Source of the DNA: Rhina ancylostomus
Lineage: Eukaryota
Length of the DNA: 64,000 nucleotides
Assembly (NCBI GenBank): GCA_030265395.1
Contig: JARFYF010000001.1
Span: 24,591,520 to 24,655,519 of the forward strand
Direction of reading: 5' to 3'
The number at the start of each line of letters is the position of its first letter. Within the stretch, counting starts at the first letter, position 1. Below the pieces are notes generated by a model that was given only the letters and a program-made list of their open reading frames with translations, did no database searches and was not told the origin of the DNA. Positions 24,260-37,965 of this stretch are shown here, piece by piece. The translations under genes were made by a program, and so were the position numbers.

Positions 24260-24765
24260 CATAGACTCGGTTTGTATTGCTTTGAGTATAAAAGATTCAG
24301 TGATGGTCTGCTTAAGGTATTGAAGATGGTTAAATGAATTAAAAGGATGGATAGATTCTCCTGGTGGTGGAGTCCAGAACAAGGAAGCATAATCTATAAA
24401 TTATAATTCGGGATGTTCTTGTGAAGAATTGTTTCAATCAAAGGATGGCAGAAATCTGATAAAAGAGCATCAACCTGAAACAATAATTATTTCCTCTTAA
24501 CAGATTCTGCCTGACAATGTATCAACATTATCTTTAGTTTTTATTTCATGTATCTACCATTCATAGTTTATTTAGGTCACCCAAAAAAAACTTGATCTCT
24601 GTCCTTAAAGAATGCCACTGAACAATTTCAAAATGAGAAGGACATGTTTTTGTTTAGCAAAGATGTTGGAGTTAGAAAGTGCCTCAGAAATTAAACAGCA
24701 GATCAACCATTGTCTAATTGCAAGTCAGAACTGAGTCAAAGGGTTAAGCCAGATCCCATATTCCT
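24260..24765 (+). mobile_element. Very decayed CR1 3' end with an inserted Penelope-arm remnant (about 24460-24570)
   Basis: tagactcggtttgtattgctttgagtataaaagattcagtgatggtctg...ggagtccagaacaaggaagcataatct. Confidence 0.5.
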
Positions 24766-26039
24766 CCCAAAATCCTCTGAATCATTCCTGAGAAAATGCA
24801 AGTGAAGGTTCAAAATATTGTTAAAAGCAAGGCTATAACAGAAGAACTTATATAATCTGGTTTTATACAGTTTGTTAATCTTATTGTTAAAGGCAAGAGA
24901 TAATTAAGGAATTTCTCTGCATAACTTCATGTGACCAATTTATCAAAGGAAAAGTAAAGTCCAATGATGTTATGAAGTATGACATTTTGTGATTGATTGA
25001 TACATGTAATTTATCAAGGACAGAAATTAAACAAGATGAGAAATATAAATGCACCATGCAGATAGAAGGTTGTGCAATATCAGCTGACCAACATATTAAT
25101 AAATAAGTTTATAGAAGATCATAAATACTTTGGAAATAACGTTGCCTGTAATATGTCACTTTTATGTAGCTAGTGAAGCCTCAAGGTGGAATATGTGTTT
25201 TATCACAGTGATTTCAGATTTTTCACAAGTCACAAGGCCTTCAGTAATAATCTTGTGAGTCTCCGTTGATCAAAAATGACATTAGTAATGATGGGATGCT
25301 TATCCAAAACAATATCAATAATTTAATTAATGTGACAAAATAAAGACAGGCAGGATAAAAAAAAACAGATGACTGTGTTCATTCTCTACAATCTAATCAG
25401 AACATTTCAAATGTGCATATAATTAGCTTTAATATTTATATGTTTTTAAACATTTTTTTCTTAAATCAGTAAATTTCCTAGTTTCAGATGGTATTTTGTG
25501 ATAATTTTTTCTGGGGTAATACACTGTATTGCCTCATCCTCTGCCATAAATTTTGATTGATCCATGATTTTTCCTAGCTCCTGTGTCATAATATATTCAT
25601 CACTAGAATCTGCCATAACATTGAGCTTGTTTACTTTAGTCTCACTTTGCATACTTTAGGCTTTATGGATGATAATTTGGCTAGAATTTTAAGGAAAGAG
25701 CATGTGCACATTTTTAATATGGCTCACACCAGGAATGTGCAGTGTAAACAGAATATGATATCAGTGTGTAACGCTGACTTGACAATGGATTGTCATATTG
25801 GTCCTTGGCAACCGAACTAATGCAATCAGTGTGGGTCCAGCCACTAGCAACAGAAAGCCCTCATTTCTATGCAAATCTTTGCATTTAACTACATCATCAT
25901 CATTTAATTGCAGGTTAGTCAGTGATTTACCTAAAGGAAAGTTGATCGTATGTGTTTGATAACTCATTACCATGTGAGAAGTCTGTGCAGAGTTGTGCAG
26001 TAGACATCAAGTTTGTCCATGAACTTCTGAAGATATGTC

Positions 26040-26265
26040 ATGCCTTCTTGTTGCCTGCCTCAGAGTGGGGTATGGGTTGTGCATGGCAAAGAGGGGGTGC
26101 ATTGTTAACCATTCCCCTTGCTCGCCAGCAGGCAAGGGAGAATGAGGAGAGACATTGCAAAGCAAGGCCAAATGTTGAAGAGGGAGGAGGAGAAGGGTCT
26201 TCAGCCAGAGGCTCTGTCCACCATGATATTTGGGAAGCAATAGTGCATCTTGAATCATCAGGTTA
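26040..26265 (+). mobile_element. Possible decayed Harbinger/PIF transposase 5' fragment
   Basis: gggaggaggagaagggtcttcagccagaggctctgtccaccatgatatttgggaagcaa resembles the RRRR..RPYPPRVFR region of chondrichthyan Harbinger repeats (from memory only). Confidence 0.35.
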
Positions 26266-26809
26266 TATGCCCAAAATTTACCCCTAGTTTTCAGTCCTGT
26301 CATTTAATTCTTATGACATTTTAATTCTTCCATATTTTGGCCTTTTTAGTATAGACTCAAACATAAACATTCAGTACAAAATCAAGAGAGGACAGGAGTG
26401 GGTAAGTCACTCTCTTAATTATAATGGCACCAATCCTCCCCATGCCACCCACCCTACAGATAATATAGTCTGGCTTCCACCAGATTGAGCAGAGTTAAAA
26501 TTAGGCCATTGCTCTCAAATGCAGTTTAAACATAACCATAATTAAATCGCAAATTGTGCAAACACAATCCTCCTACTTCCATTTTCTATCATTTAAAAAT
26601 ATTTGGCCAATCTGATCATTTCCTTTTGTTACTTCCATCGTGCTGTGGTTCATGAAAACAATTGAGAATTACATTTGCCAACAATTATTCTACTTTTTTC
26701 CTATTTATAATTGGTTTGTTGAAATGTCCAATTCAAATAAAATTCTTGCCCTTTTATTCTTTGTCTGCAAACTTACCCTCCAGTTGAATTTTTAAATTTA
26801 AAAATATTT

Positions 26810-27141
26810 TTAAAAAATTTTATTTACAGCGTGGTAACAGGCCTTTCCGGCCCAACGAGTCCGTGCCGCCCATTTTGAACCCCAAATTAACCTACCCGTA
26901 CATCTTTGAAATGTGGGAGGACACCCACACATACACAGGAGAACGTACAAACTCCTTACANNNNNNNNNNNNNNNNNNNNNNNNNNNNNNNNNNNNNNNN
27001 NNNNNNNNNNNNNNNNNNNNNNNNNNNNNNNNNNNNNNNNNNNNNNNNNNNNNNNNNNNNCTACCCGTACATCTTTGAAATGTGGGAGGAAACCCACACA
27101 TACACAGGAGAACGTACAAACTCCTTACAGGCAGCGGCGGG
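26810..27141 (-). mobile_element. 5'-truncated young V-SINE spanning a gap with duplicated flanks
   Basis: tgtgggaggaaacccac..ggagaacgtacaaactccttacaggcagcggcggg; CpG-rich; tail cagcgtggtaacaggcctttccggccc. Confidence 0.8.
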
Positions 27142-28787
27142 TCTTCTTTAACATTTTGAGGTTTTTTTACACCCATTTGAGATTTCTGTCCAATGTAGTT
27201 CCTTACCTAGCTTACCCTCCTCTACTGAACAAACAAGTTCTTCTTGCAAATGATTTCTTATGAATATGGGTACTTAGGCTCCTTTTCTTCTTGTCTTTCA
27301 GAAAACTCTACAGTTTTAAACATAACCCAAAAATTGACAAGAATTAATTATGCCCTTATTGTAGTTTCCCCTTGGAATAACACATCCATTTCTATCACCT
27401 TAGTTATTATGCTACTACAGGATCATGTATTGTAACAGTATTATGCTCTTAATATAACAAAACATATTGAATTATTTCATTGAAGCTTTAGCAAACAAAG
27501 TTTGACAAGAGTTACAATGGGATAAATGAGAGGAAAGTTGAAAAAAGTTTTAAAATTGTAGATATACAAGAGGCCAGATTTGGGGACATGCAGCGGTCTC
27601 AGAAGGTCATAGGATGGCATGGATACATGGTTAACACTAGTTCAGCTCAGGCTCAAGCCTATGAATAGTGGTGTTTCAGCTTCAGACAGTTGTCAAAGAA
27701 AGGGAAGGTGTTGATGGCAACTGATATAGATCAACGACAATGGCTTCTGCATTCGTAAGAGAATAAACCCAGTCTGTCCAATCTTTCTGTATAACTAACC
27801 CTCCATTCCAGGAAATATCTTGGTCTAATATAGTTTTGCCTCCTTTCAATGTTATATATCTTCTACGGTCTGATTTTGGGAATCTGGCAGGATTACCATG
27901 ACCATAACCACCTGCTAACTATTTTCCACACCACCATCCATTTCCTGTGGGATCTGACAACCTCCCAGCAACCTATGCGGTTAAATACATTTCAACTGAT
28001 GCTTCAGTATTCATTGCAAATGGCTGATTTTATCATATCCATTTTTCCCAATATTTCCTGAACTATTCTTCCCATTCTGAAGCTATCACAATGCCCATGT
28101 TGAAATCAGTAAATTCAGAACAGTGAGGATCAAGATTGGAACTTGTTTGGTCTGCATTGCTCAGTTATTCAATGGATTAACAAGGGATTCTGAAATCCTG
28201 ACCTGGAAACTCCTGTCCTAGGGAAAGCACTCTGCTTCTCACAAGCAGGAAGAAAACTGAAAGAAAACCAGAGGTCTCTCATACACATATCATGGAGTTG
28301 TGCAGAGAATACCAAGAGACCCAGGGGAAAACCAACTTGAAAAATTTAATCCCTCCTCACCAGCTTACAGTGCAGCATAGCTGAGGGAAAGAAAGGTTGC
28401 TGGGAGAACATCTTCTATCAGCATAAAAATAGTGATGCAGAGCCTTTGGTCTGTGCATTTGGTCTGATCTCTCTCAGACACACAAATCACAAGTCAGCAC
28501 CAAGAAGCAGAATTGCACCTACATTCTCCATATTACTGGCAAATATTTCAAAAGTATGCACTGCATTAATAGATGGATGAGGTTACATATTAAAAGGAAG
28601 TTTGTTTTTTGGTGTTATTTTTCTTTTACAGTCATAGATTTATACAGCACAGGAGAAGGATATGTGAGCTATCATGCTGGAGCTGCTCCTTGAAAGAATA
28701 TAACACACTCTTTAACCATTGTTCTACTGCAGGCAGTTTCTGGGAGTGAGCACTTTGTGGGGGCATACATCTGCAGGATGCAATGAA

Positions 28788-28990
28788 AAACACAGAAAAT
28801 GCCAGAAACTTCAGCAGTTTGACAGCATCCTTGGGAGAAGAAAGTGGGGTTAAAGTTTCAGATTGATAACTGTCATCAAATAGGATCCTGGCAAAAAAAA
28901 ATCATTAACCTGAAATGTTAATTTTCCTCTCCACACAGGTGTACAGTGTTTCCAACATTTTATTTCACATTTCCAACAGTTGTAAGATTT
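28788..28990. mobile_element. Older palindromic Penelope-like remnant
   Basis: cagaaaatgccagaaacttcagcag...gttaaagtttcag versus acctgaaatgttaattttcctctcca...tttccaacattt. Confidence 0.5.
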
Positions 28991-29789
28991 TCCATTATAA
29001 TATAATTGGGTTTTGGCCAAATCATTTTGTTCCAATGTCAGAGTTTGCTGACTATCACAATCTCAGTGACAATGAGCAGTTGGCAGTAGTCTAAGTAATA
29101 TTGCATGGTGTGTGTTCCAAGGACAAATGTGACACATTTGGGTGAAATGACATTGATAAACCACTTAAGCCTCATATTTTTGATTTATCATGTCATTTCA
29201 ATTGCATGATATGCCACTGTCTTGTGACATACTCTAATCTATGTGTTATTCCATACCTGACACACAAATGGAAGTAAAATTTATATTTCCATGAATATGT
29301 AATGACAATGCCAAAGTGACATCACTGTACTATTTTTTTTGTGCAAATGTATTACAAGTGATCAAAATAAAAAGGCAACTACTGAACTGAACAAATAATT
29401 ACATCTTTGGGCCACCTTTTGGAATTCTCAGAGTGATTAGGTTTATGAAGAAAGGTGCATTTCACTGTGTATTTTGATGTACATGTGACAAATAAAGATA
29501 GCTTATATTTATCATATGAGAAATATTCAAAATAAAATCTTCAGAAGAAGAACTAACAAAAAGTTTCTACCTATTACATGAAGGGCCTTTATTAGGAAAT
29601 ACTGATACTACAAGATTATGTACTCCAGTTACAAAATAATTACCTTGAGAAAATGAAGCTTACAATACCCCACTTATTGACCATGGCATTTGAAGTAGAA
29701 TTCTCTGCAGGATTCCTCAAGGAACTCAAATGATTTGTTTGAGGGCACTCCTGAATCCATTATTCTTCACCAGTATCTGTCCTGCTGCC

Positions 29790-30175
29790 TATGAGTCAGA
29801 AGAGTGTGGGTTTTTGTCTTGCTTCAGAGATTTGTGGACATTTTCTCGGCTAGTATACCATGAATTGCTGACTTTTTGAATGACAAGTAAAAGCAAAACT
29901 CCAGATGCCATCTTAGATGATGTAAAAAAAAGCTCTACCTTGAACTTAAGCAGGGAAGTTGTCCCTGATATCCAGACCAACATCCAGTAATCAATCAACA
30001 TTCCTAAAACAGAAAAGCTGGTCATTATCTCATTTTTATTTGTACTTTTTTATTGTGTTTTAAGTTGCCACCACCCTTTCAATAATTCCAAAGTATCCAC
30101 ATGTCAAAATGTTAAATGCTTCTGTACATTCCTAGGGGATGAAAAGATCAATATAAAATCCAAGTTTTTCTTTCC
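29790..30175 (+). mobile_element. Decayed DeuSINE (SacSINE1-like)
   Basis: tgagtcagaagagtgtgggtt head; gcagggaagttgtccctgatatccagaccaacat; tail gaaaagatcaatataaaatccaagtttttctttc. Confidence 0.5.
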
Positions 30176-30304
30176 ATACTTCGCAAAATCTTCAAACAAA
30201 AATCTTTGAACTTAAGTTTCTCTGAAAATAAGATTTATATTTCAGCATCACCAATCTCAATGTCCGAACAGACATATTGATACCTGTTCCTGTTCTTATT
30301 ATAG

Positions 30305-30469
30305 GAAGTACCTGTGACCTGGTATGTTTGAATGGTGGAACTTGTTTTGTGAATGAGCGAGACCAGCCAAAGTGCAAATGCAAACCTCAGTACGCAGGGC
30401 AGGAATGTGAAACTGACCAGTGCAGAGACTATTGTCAAAATGGAGGAATCTGTTCAGCATCAACATTAG
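30305..30469 (+). CDS. LRP1B: Exon G (165 nt): EGF repeats STCDLVCLNGGTCFVNERDQPKCKCKPQYAGQECETDQCRDYCQNGGICSASTLG
   Basis: Acceptor tcttattatag|GA, donor TAG|gtattg; CxNGGxC motifs; ORF 30277..30507. Confidence 0.95.
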
Positions 30470-32505
30470 GTATTGTACCCAGTAGTCGCAGTGGATGTTT
30501 AGTCTGACTGCATGGAATGTACTTGATCATTACATAAATGTGACTAGAGTACTTTGCATAAAAATAGACATTCACATTGTGTCAATGCTATTAGCTGCAT
30601 GTGATCAAAGGAACATTTTTCATCTCATGTGGATTAAACAACTTAATCTAGAACTTGCCCTGTTCCCTAATGCTGTGCTACACGGCCAAAACACAAGCCT
30701 TGGGTGCTATTGAAGAGCCAGTGTACTTTTCCCTTTGACCTGCAGAATATGTGAGAGAAGATACAATGTCTTGGACCAAGACTAGAGGCAAAGGTCAGAG
30801 AAAGCTGGCACTTGGAAGCTCGATCAGAGTCTGTGGGAGAAGGTAGAAGTGACCACCGGGAGAGATAAATGAATTCAGGGCCTTGATTAGAGAGTTAAGG
30901 AGCCCTCAAGTTTGGGAGGTTAGGGCCTGGCTCAACTGAAGTCAGGGAGTTAGTCAAAGGATCATTCAGGGTACTGGGCCCTGGTCCAAATGCAAAACTG
31001 GGGAGGTTGACTGTGGGGGGAGAAGGGAGGCAAGGGTCAGATCAGTGGACAGAGATTTGGTTCCCAGAGGGACCAAACAAATAATAGAACCAAAGCACAG
31101 CTGGAAGGCACTGATCAAATTTTGAGAGTGGCATGATTTGACTTGGAAATGATCATATTTGTTATTATACCAGAAAACAAATTGAAACAAAAGTGCCACA
31201 CATCTGAATTTCAAATCTGTGTTCCTAGAAGGAATATATGAACTAACCCAAACCACTTACTGATAGTGCTTTCATTTTACACATTATTCTGTATGTTTGA
31301 GATTTGGAATGAGCAGAGTAGCTGTCCATTATGAACCCAAGCTGATGTTAATCTGAGTGTTATTTCTTTTATCTTTGGTACAGCTGTTAAGTATGCCTAA
31401 GTACAGGAAAGAAAAAAATGTACAAAATAGTTCTAAATTATATTAAGTTGCCTTTTTGTCAGAATACACCTTCCTGTGATATTTTTAAAATGCTTGTTTT
31501 GCAGATTATGTCCAGAAACATTAATGTTCCACTCCAATGTCCCTGCAGATTTGTGCTGCCTCTTGTAAAACATCTGTAGTATTTCAGAAATGTCATGCAA
31601 TGTAAAGTCATGTTTACAGATGCAGCCCCCTAACCGCTAAATGTTAATGAATAAATTTCATTATATGTGATAGATGCTTTGCATCCAGCCCTTTGTTGCG
31701 ACTTTGTCCCTCAGATGTTATTGCCCTTCACAGACATGCAGTTATAATGTGTCTACTTTAATGTCCCATTTGAGTTATCAATAAAATCATGACAGATGAG
31801 CCATTCGTGAATAGTGCAAATTTACTTTTACAGCTGAAATTCTTCGCTTTCTGCAAGCAATGGTAAGGAATCCTAATGTCAATAAGATAAACTGACTTGC
31901 TGTGCCAACCAGAAAGTCATTCTGCATGTCATTGCTTAATTGTATTTTAAGCACTGCTAGTACTACCATTTCATTATGCATTTTTTAAATAGAAATTTCA
32001 ACATGTTACCAATAATCTTAAGTTTTTCTTTCCAATGTACCTAATGGACCATTCTGACAGCTCATGGAAATTTATTTTTGCAGTACAAGAAAATCGTTTC
32101 CTGAAAACTATCCCCATTTCTTACTTCTATATTTGGATAATGTTTTGCAAATGCTGAAAAAAGTCAGGTAATAGTGGGATTTCAATTTGAAGATGATATT
32201 TGTCTTCATTATAGGTGGTCAGTTGAAAGGTTTGGAGCTCCCAGACATAAATTAACTCATTCACTGGCTCATCTCTCGGGGGGAAAAATGGGGTTAAGAT
32301 CAAACAACCTGTACCTAGGATTGAATGACAGCCAAATAAGCATCAGCACAAAAGTTGTAATGCAGTAGGGGTGTCAGTATTAATCTTAGTGCTTGCTGAA
32401 CTGTTTAAACTATACTCAGATTCAACTTTATTGATTTACTCTCAATACATGCATTTAGTGATTGTACAGTTGCTAAAGTCATCTGTTTCTTTCCGATCTG
32501 TTTAG

Positions 32506-32667
32506 GAAAACCAGCCTGCCGCTGTCCAATAGGATTTACTGGTCCAACCTGTCGACAAAGGGTTTGTGACAGTTTCTGCCTCAATGAAGGGATTTGTGAC
32601 GTCAACACAGGAAATCAACCTTTTTGTTACTGCCCATCAGACTTTACAGGAGACAGGTGTCAATACA
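32506..32667 (+). CDS. LRP1B: Exon H (162 nt): EGF repeats [53 protein letters not shown]
   Basis: Acceptor atctgtttag|GA, donor ACA|gtgagt; phase 1 to 1. Confidence 0.95.
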
Positions 32668-33397
32668 GTGAGTTTCATGACTGAAGTCTTCACTAGAAAT
32701 AGCTTTCATTGTCTCGGGTAGAGGAACTGGAGTGAAAAATAGAAACACAGCTGAATAGCTAGTGAAGGAGTAGGATTTGATCAGTGGCTATGCCATGGGA
32801 AGATGAATAACAATGTGGGCTCAAATTGTGCACAATGGAAGCAAAATGCTGAAATATAGTGAATAAGTTCAAGGCAAATATTAAGTTCACTCTGCTAATT
32901 GTGGACAAATACTATTAGTAGACAAGATGACTTCTAGGTTAATGTTGTGTGAAAAGAAAATAATACTGGATGACTAGTATGTTTTTTGGGTTCAAAGAAC
33001 TTCCATTGAAGTTGAAGTAAGGGGATTAAAATGTTTGCACAAAATAAAAACAAAGTATTTAGAATTTAAAAATAAAAGGCAATAATGCTAAAAATCTGAC
33101 ATCAAATTAAAATATGTTGCAATTCGTACAATTTGGTCAATATCTGAAGAGGGATAGGCAATGTTTTGACAGAACTTTCTATCTGAATTTTCATCATCAA
33201 ACAGGAGAAAATTCTTCAAAGGGCCAGGTAAAACAATGAAAAGGACAAGTACAGGTTGAGGTCAATCAAATAAACAACTTTTATAATTAGAGTTAGCAAT
33301 ATGAATAGTTGCAGATGACATTTTAAATACTGAAAATATGAATGTGGTACTATACCTTATGCAAGTGTCATTTTAATCAGTTGAAGACATGAGGATA

Positions 33398-33650
33398 CAG
33401 GCTATTCCCAGGTAACGAACAGGTTCCATTAGTCAATTTTGTCCATAAGTTAGAAAGTACACAAAAATCACTTGATCTAGTAACCAAACCTCCACAGTAT
33501 CATACTGAAAGTCACCAAAATTACATAAGACTGATAAGAAATATCAATTATTAAAAGTGGAGAGAGAGAGGGGAAACTAGTTCTGCCTTTCATGTGAACA
33601 AACATTGGACTTTTGAATTTAATAATATTATGGGACTTCATTCATATGTA
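33398..33650. mobile_element. Possible Tigger/pogo-type MITE, only one terminus visible
   Basis: TA|CAGGCTATTCCCAGGTAACGAAC resembles a Tigger-like TIR; the matching right TIR was not found. Confidence 0.3.
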
Positions 33651-34207
33651 GAAAAGTGAAAACTGATATCATTTCAGATTTATCCATCCACCAGAACTAA
33701 ATCTCCACAGTCTCGGTAATGTGAGTGCACTCACATTACTTAATTTGAGCTGTGATCACAGACTTAATCTTTATGATTAACCACCTTCCCAACCACTGCA
33801 TTGTTATTAGAACAAGAAATTATGGACAACATCATTGTCAAACATCTAACAAGTGACTTTGCTCATTGCCTTTTCATTTTCTCCACCTCCTTGCAAGAGT
33901 TCACTCTTCCTCATGCAGTTTATGTTAATGCCTCATTTCCCTGCTGCCAATAAGCTTATCTCAAGAACTCTACCATTTGCTTACTTAAACATCCTCTATT
34001 CTATGCTTTCAAATTTCAGTAAAAATCAAATTATTCTTGACCTTTAACTCGATCCTTCCATAACCATTGTTATCATCTTCCCGACCAGATATTATCTTCA
34101 ACCCTTTTGTTTCTCCAATTGCACACAACCATTAATTGGCTTCCAACTATGACAATGATATACAATACACTGCCTGTGATATCTTTTCCTGTTCTGTTCA
34201 TTTAATT

Positions 34208-34405
34208 GGAGACACAAGAGATTATGCAGATGCTGGAATCTGGAGCAACACACAGACAATGCTGGAGGAACTCAGCAGGTCAAGCAGCATCAATGGAGGG
34301 AAATAAACAGTCAACATTTCGAGTCTTAACCTAAAATATTGACTATTTATTTCCCTCCATAGATGCTGCTTGACCTTCCAAGTTCATCCAGAATTTTGTG
34401 TGTGT
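34208..34405. mobile_element. Palindromic Penelope-like insertion with deleted centre
   Basis: caagcagcatcaatggagggaaataaacagtcaacattt / aaatattgactatttatttccctccatagatgctgcttg; flanks tgttcatttaatt (34195-34207) and tgttcatgtaatt (34406-34418). Confidence 0.78.
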
Positions 34406-36039
34406 TGTTCATGTAATTAATTTGTTATGAAAGTCGGCCTTCCACCTTTGCCCACCACCAAATTACTCCATATTCACAGAGTNNNNNNNNNNNNNNNNNN
34501 NNNNNNNNNNNNNNNNNNNNNNNNNNNNNNNNNNNNNNNNNNNNNNNNNNNNNNNNNNNNNNNNNNNNNNNNNNNNNNNNNNCCTGACTCCAGTCGTGTA
34601 TTGGTGTGCCGCATTTGGGTTCTCTGTGAGTTTGATCTGGATCAACATTGTGACAGAGGCCTCTTTGCCTCTTCTTCATCCATAGCTGTCACTGCCTTAT
34701 CAAAATACCTGTCCAACAGGAGGCTGCAGAATTTCCATGGCATCTTCCAGTTTGGATATGCAAAACTGAAACCATTTTTTGTTAACAATTGCTCTTGGTA
34801 TCAAAAGTTTGAACCCCAACTTGTGAGTTTATCATAAATCGGAGTTCAGGCATGATAACATTACCCTCACTCTCTTCCACTGAAAGAACCACAACCCTGT
34901 CATCCTAGGCCTCACCAAAATGCGTAGATGTTATGAATTTCCATCAGTCAGCTAAACGTTTTGACATCGTGGTCATACTTCTTCCTATCACCAGTCATCC
35001 ATGATCCTCCAACACAAGCTTTACATTTCGTTCCTAATCCTTTTGCTTCTACAGGTATTATTCCGTAGCTTGGTATTTCAGCCCTCTTTTCCTTGACTTC
35101 AAGGATCCTTTTCTTTACCCGTGTTTTCAGTCTGTCCTGTCCCTCCTCCTTTACTCCAGCCTGCTCAGTATCTGCTCTCTGGGTATTATATAAAACAGTC
35201 TGAGATATTTCTGTTTATAACCAAGCACAATAGTTATGCCAGTGCTTGATGTTTTTGGAGAAGGTCACCAAGTTTTGATTGGGACTCGAGATTAGAAATA
35301 ATTTCTCTCCTCCTAAAATAGTTGAGCTGCGTTATTGTTTAAAAGTTTGGGGGTTTCATTAATATATGGTTAGGATAAGATTGAATTTTAATTTAAAAAA
35401 TCAAATGCTCTAGGATAGCTGCATTGAGCTGAATCCAATGATTTTTTTATTCTTGAAGATTGTTATGATTACTCATTTCTTTCTGATTACCTTTATATCA
35501 TGACAACATTGAATTGCATAATAACAAACTTAAATTATTTTATTCAATAATTGCATGAATATATCAATTATCAGTCAATATTTATTTCAATTGAATAACA
35601 TTCATCAGCTGACATTTCCCTTTCAACAATACAATGGCTTTCTAATATTACATGATAGAGGACTTCTCCCTCATCTGGCATCTAATACTGTGAATTAATT
35701 AGAATCATTGTAAATTTANNNNNNNNNNCGCCAATCAATAAAGAACTATGCAATCAGATCCACTTTATCCAGCACTTGATCTTTAGCTTTGCTTTTCAAC
35801 TACACATCCAGGCACTTATTAAAATGTAGTCAGGGTTTCTGCTTCTACCGCCCTCTCAGGTAGTGAGTTTCAGTCCCTGATTAATCTTTCACTGAAGATG
35901 TCTTCTCCTCCTCATTACCCCTGCCCTCCTCTTTAAGGTGGCTTTGAGCATATCACTAAATTTTTTCCTTTGACAGAGCTCAAATTAGAGTGTTTCAGAA
36001 ATCTTGTGTCAGAAATGTGAACAATGAGGCCTGCCCAAT

Positions 36040-36290
36040 GCAGCTGACTGGGTGTAATTAAGATCTTGATGCTTTGGATACTTAATGTTACCCTGATAGA
36101 TGATACTAATATTGGTCTGCTTATCCTTCCATCGAATTTGAAGAATTGATGTATTTTTCCATTNNNNNNNNNNTTGCATTGAGCCAGCTGCTACAGGTAG
36201 ACCAGGTCTCAGAACCAAACAGGAGTGTAGGGAGCATTGCCTTCTTGAACTTCCTTATATACCTGTCCTGCTGGTTTAAAGTTCCAGAGT
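36040..36290 (-). mobile_element. RTE-clade LINE fragment
   Basis: KAMLPTLLFGSETWST and ILQIRWKDKQTNIS (ORFs 36121..36315, 36009..36218) are RTE motifs. Confidence 0.7.
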
Positions 36291-36750
36291 CCCTCTGTGC
36301 CTCCACACTTCTCAATATCTGCCCATTTATTGCATATTCCTTAACCTATTGCAACTTCCCAAATATAATAATCCATTTTAAAAAGACACATCACCTGAAT
36401 TTTGCGTCATCTTTTCTCTTAATCAAATTAATCAGTAATTGAGGTTACATATTTGTCACAGAGGACATCATACTAAGGTAACAGTGAGTGAAGGCAAGGA
36501 CATAGATTGAATCAGCAGTAATCTCGAGATGAAATGCACTTGCATTATTTTTGCAATAAGCCCCGACACACTATCCCTTATTATTAGGAAAATTCCTGGC
36601 TATGCTTCTGAAGATAGCATTCTCTAACTTTAAGGAATCAAACACCCTTGAAGAAAGATTTTCTTCAATGAAAATACTTACAATTGACACCATCAACATC
36701 TGAATAATTATTGTAAATCAATTTAACACTTACATTTCATTGGTTTCTAG

Positions 36751-36925
36751 ATATGTGCTATAACTACTGCATGAATTTCGGAACCTGCAGGATAAACAAC
36801 GAAGGTAGTGCTCACTGCATTTGCTTGCCACAATTTGATGGGCCAAAATGTGAAGTGGATAAATGTACAGTATGTCACGGTGGACAATGCATTGTGAACA
36901 AAGAGACTGGACAGGTAGCCTGCAA
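36751..36925 (+). CDS. LRP1B: Exon I (175 nt): EGF repeats NMCYNYCMNFGTCRINNEGSAHCICLPQFDGPKCEVDKCTVCHGGQCIVNKETGQVACN
   Basis: Acceptor tggtttctag|AT, donor CAA|gtaagt; GPKCEVDKC..CHGG is LRP1B-like; phase 1 to 2. Confidence 0.95.
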
Positions 36926-37965
36926 GTAAGTAAACTTTTGCAAAATATTGAAATTCATTGTTATGAAATAAAAGAGCAACCCAATACTATAGCCAGTGCT
37001 ATTGGATGCCTGCAACTGATCTCCACCCATTTTCTGCAAGTTGTGTGATAGATTGAAATGACTTTCATTCGGATTATTAGCCTGCCTTTTCTTCCATATT
37101 CAGGGCAAATTACATATTTTGGCTGGAATGTTTCTTTAATTTTATCACTATTTAAATTATCATCAAATTCATTCCCGGTAATATTGTGCTTATAAGTTCA
37201 TTAATTGCCCATTTTATTAACCACGGGACAAGGGCACAAAAATATTTTTGTCTTGCACCACCTAGCTTCTTTGCAGAAATTCATATGTCTCAAAAAATTG
37301 CTTATGAATACAACTTATCAAAAGTGCAAGCTTTTAATTTTTTGTCCTCTGGATGTGCATTTTTTTTTGTCTTCTGGATGTGGATGTACTGATTTATTGT
37401 TCATCATCAAGATGAACAATAAAGGAATTGACATATATGTCCATGTTGAGATGTTGCGTGATTTTGTTGTAGGTAATAGTGGTCACATGGGCTGGTCATC
37501 ATTGTCCTTCAAATTGCTGGCTACCAGGGTTGGTGGCAGCAAAAAAAATTATTGAACTGTTATAGTTCATCCTGTAGGTCAAAAACACTGCAGTTAAGGT
37601 GTGACATTAGGAGATGAAGCAGATGTTTAAACAGGTTGATTAAGCACCAGTCAAGCAAATTGCTTTGTTCTGGATTGTGTTGAGCTGTTTGGGTGCTCTT
37701 CTAGATTCATCCATCTAGACAAGTGGAATGTAATCCATCATGCTTGGCTTGGGCATTTTACAAAATGGGCTTTGGGAAATCAAGAGATGAACCACATGTT
37801 GCAACAATTCCAGCCTCTAACCTGGTCTGGTGGGCACCGCATTTAGATTTCAGAGCAATAGATCCCCAAGGCATTAATGCTTGAAGATTCTGAGATAATA
37901 ATTCCATTTAAGATCAAGGAGCAATGGGTAAGGCCCTCTCATGTTGGATGTTATCATTGGCTGCT

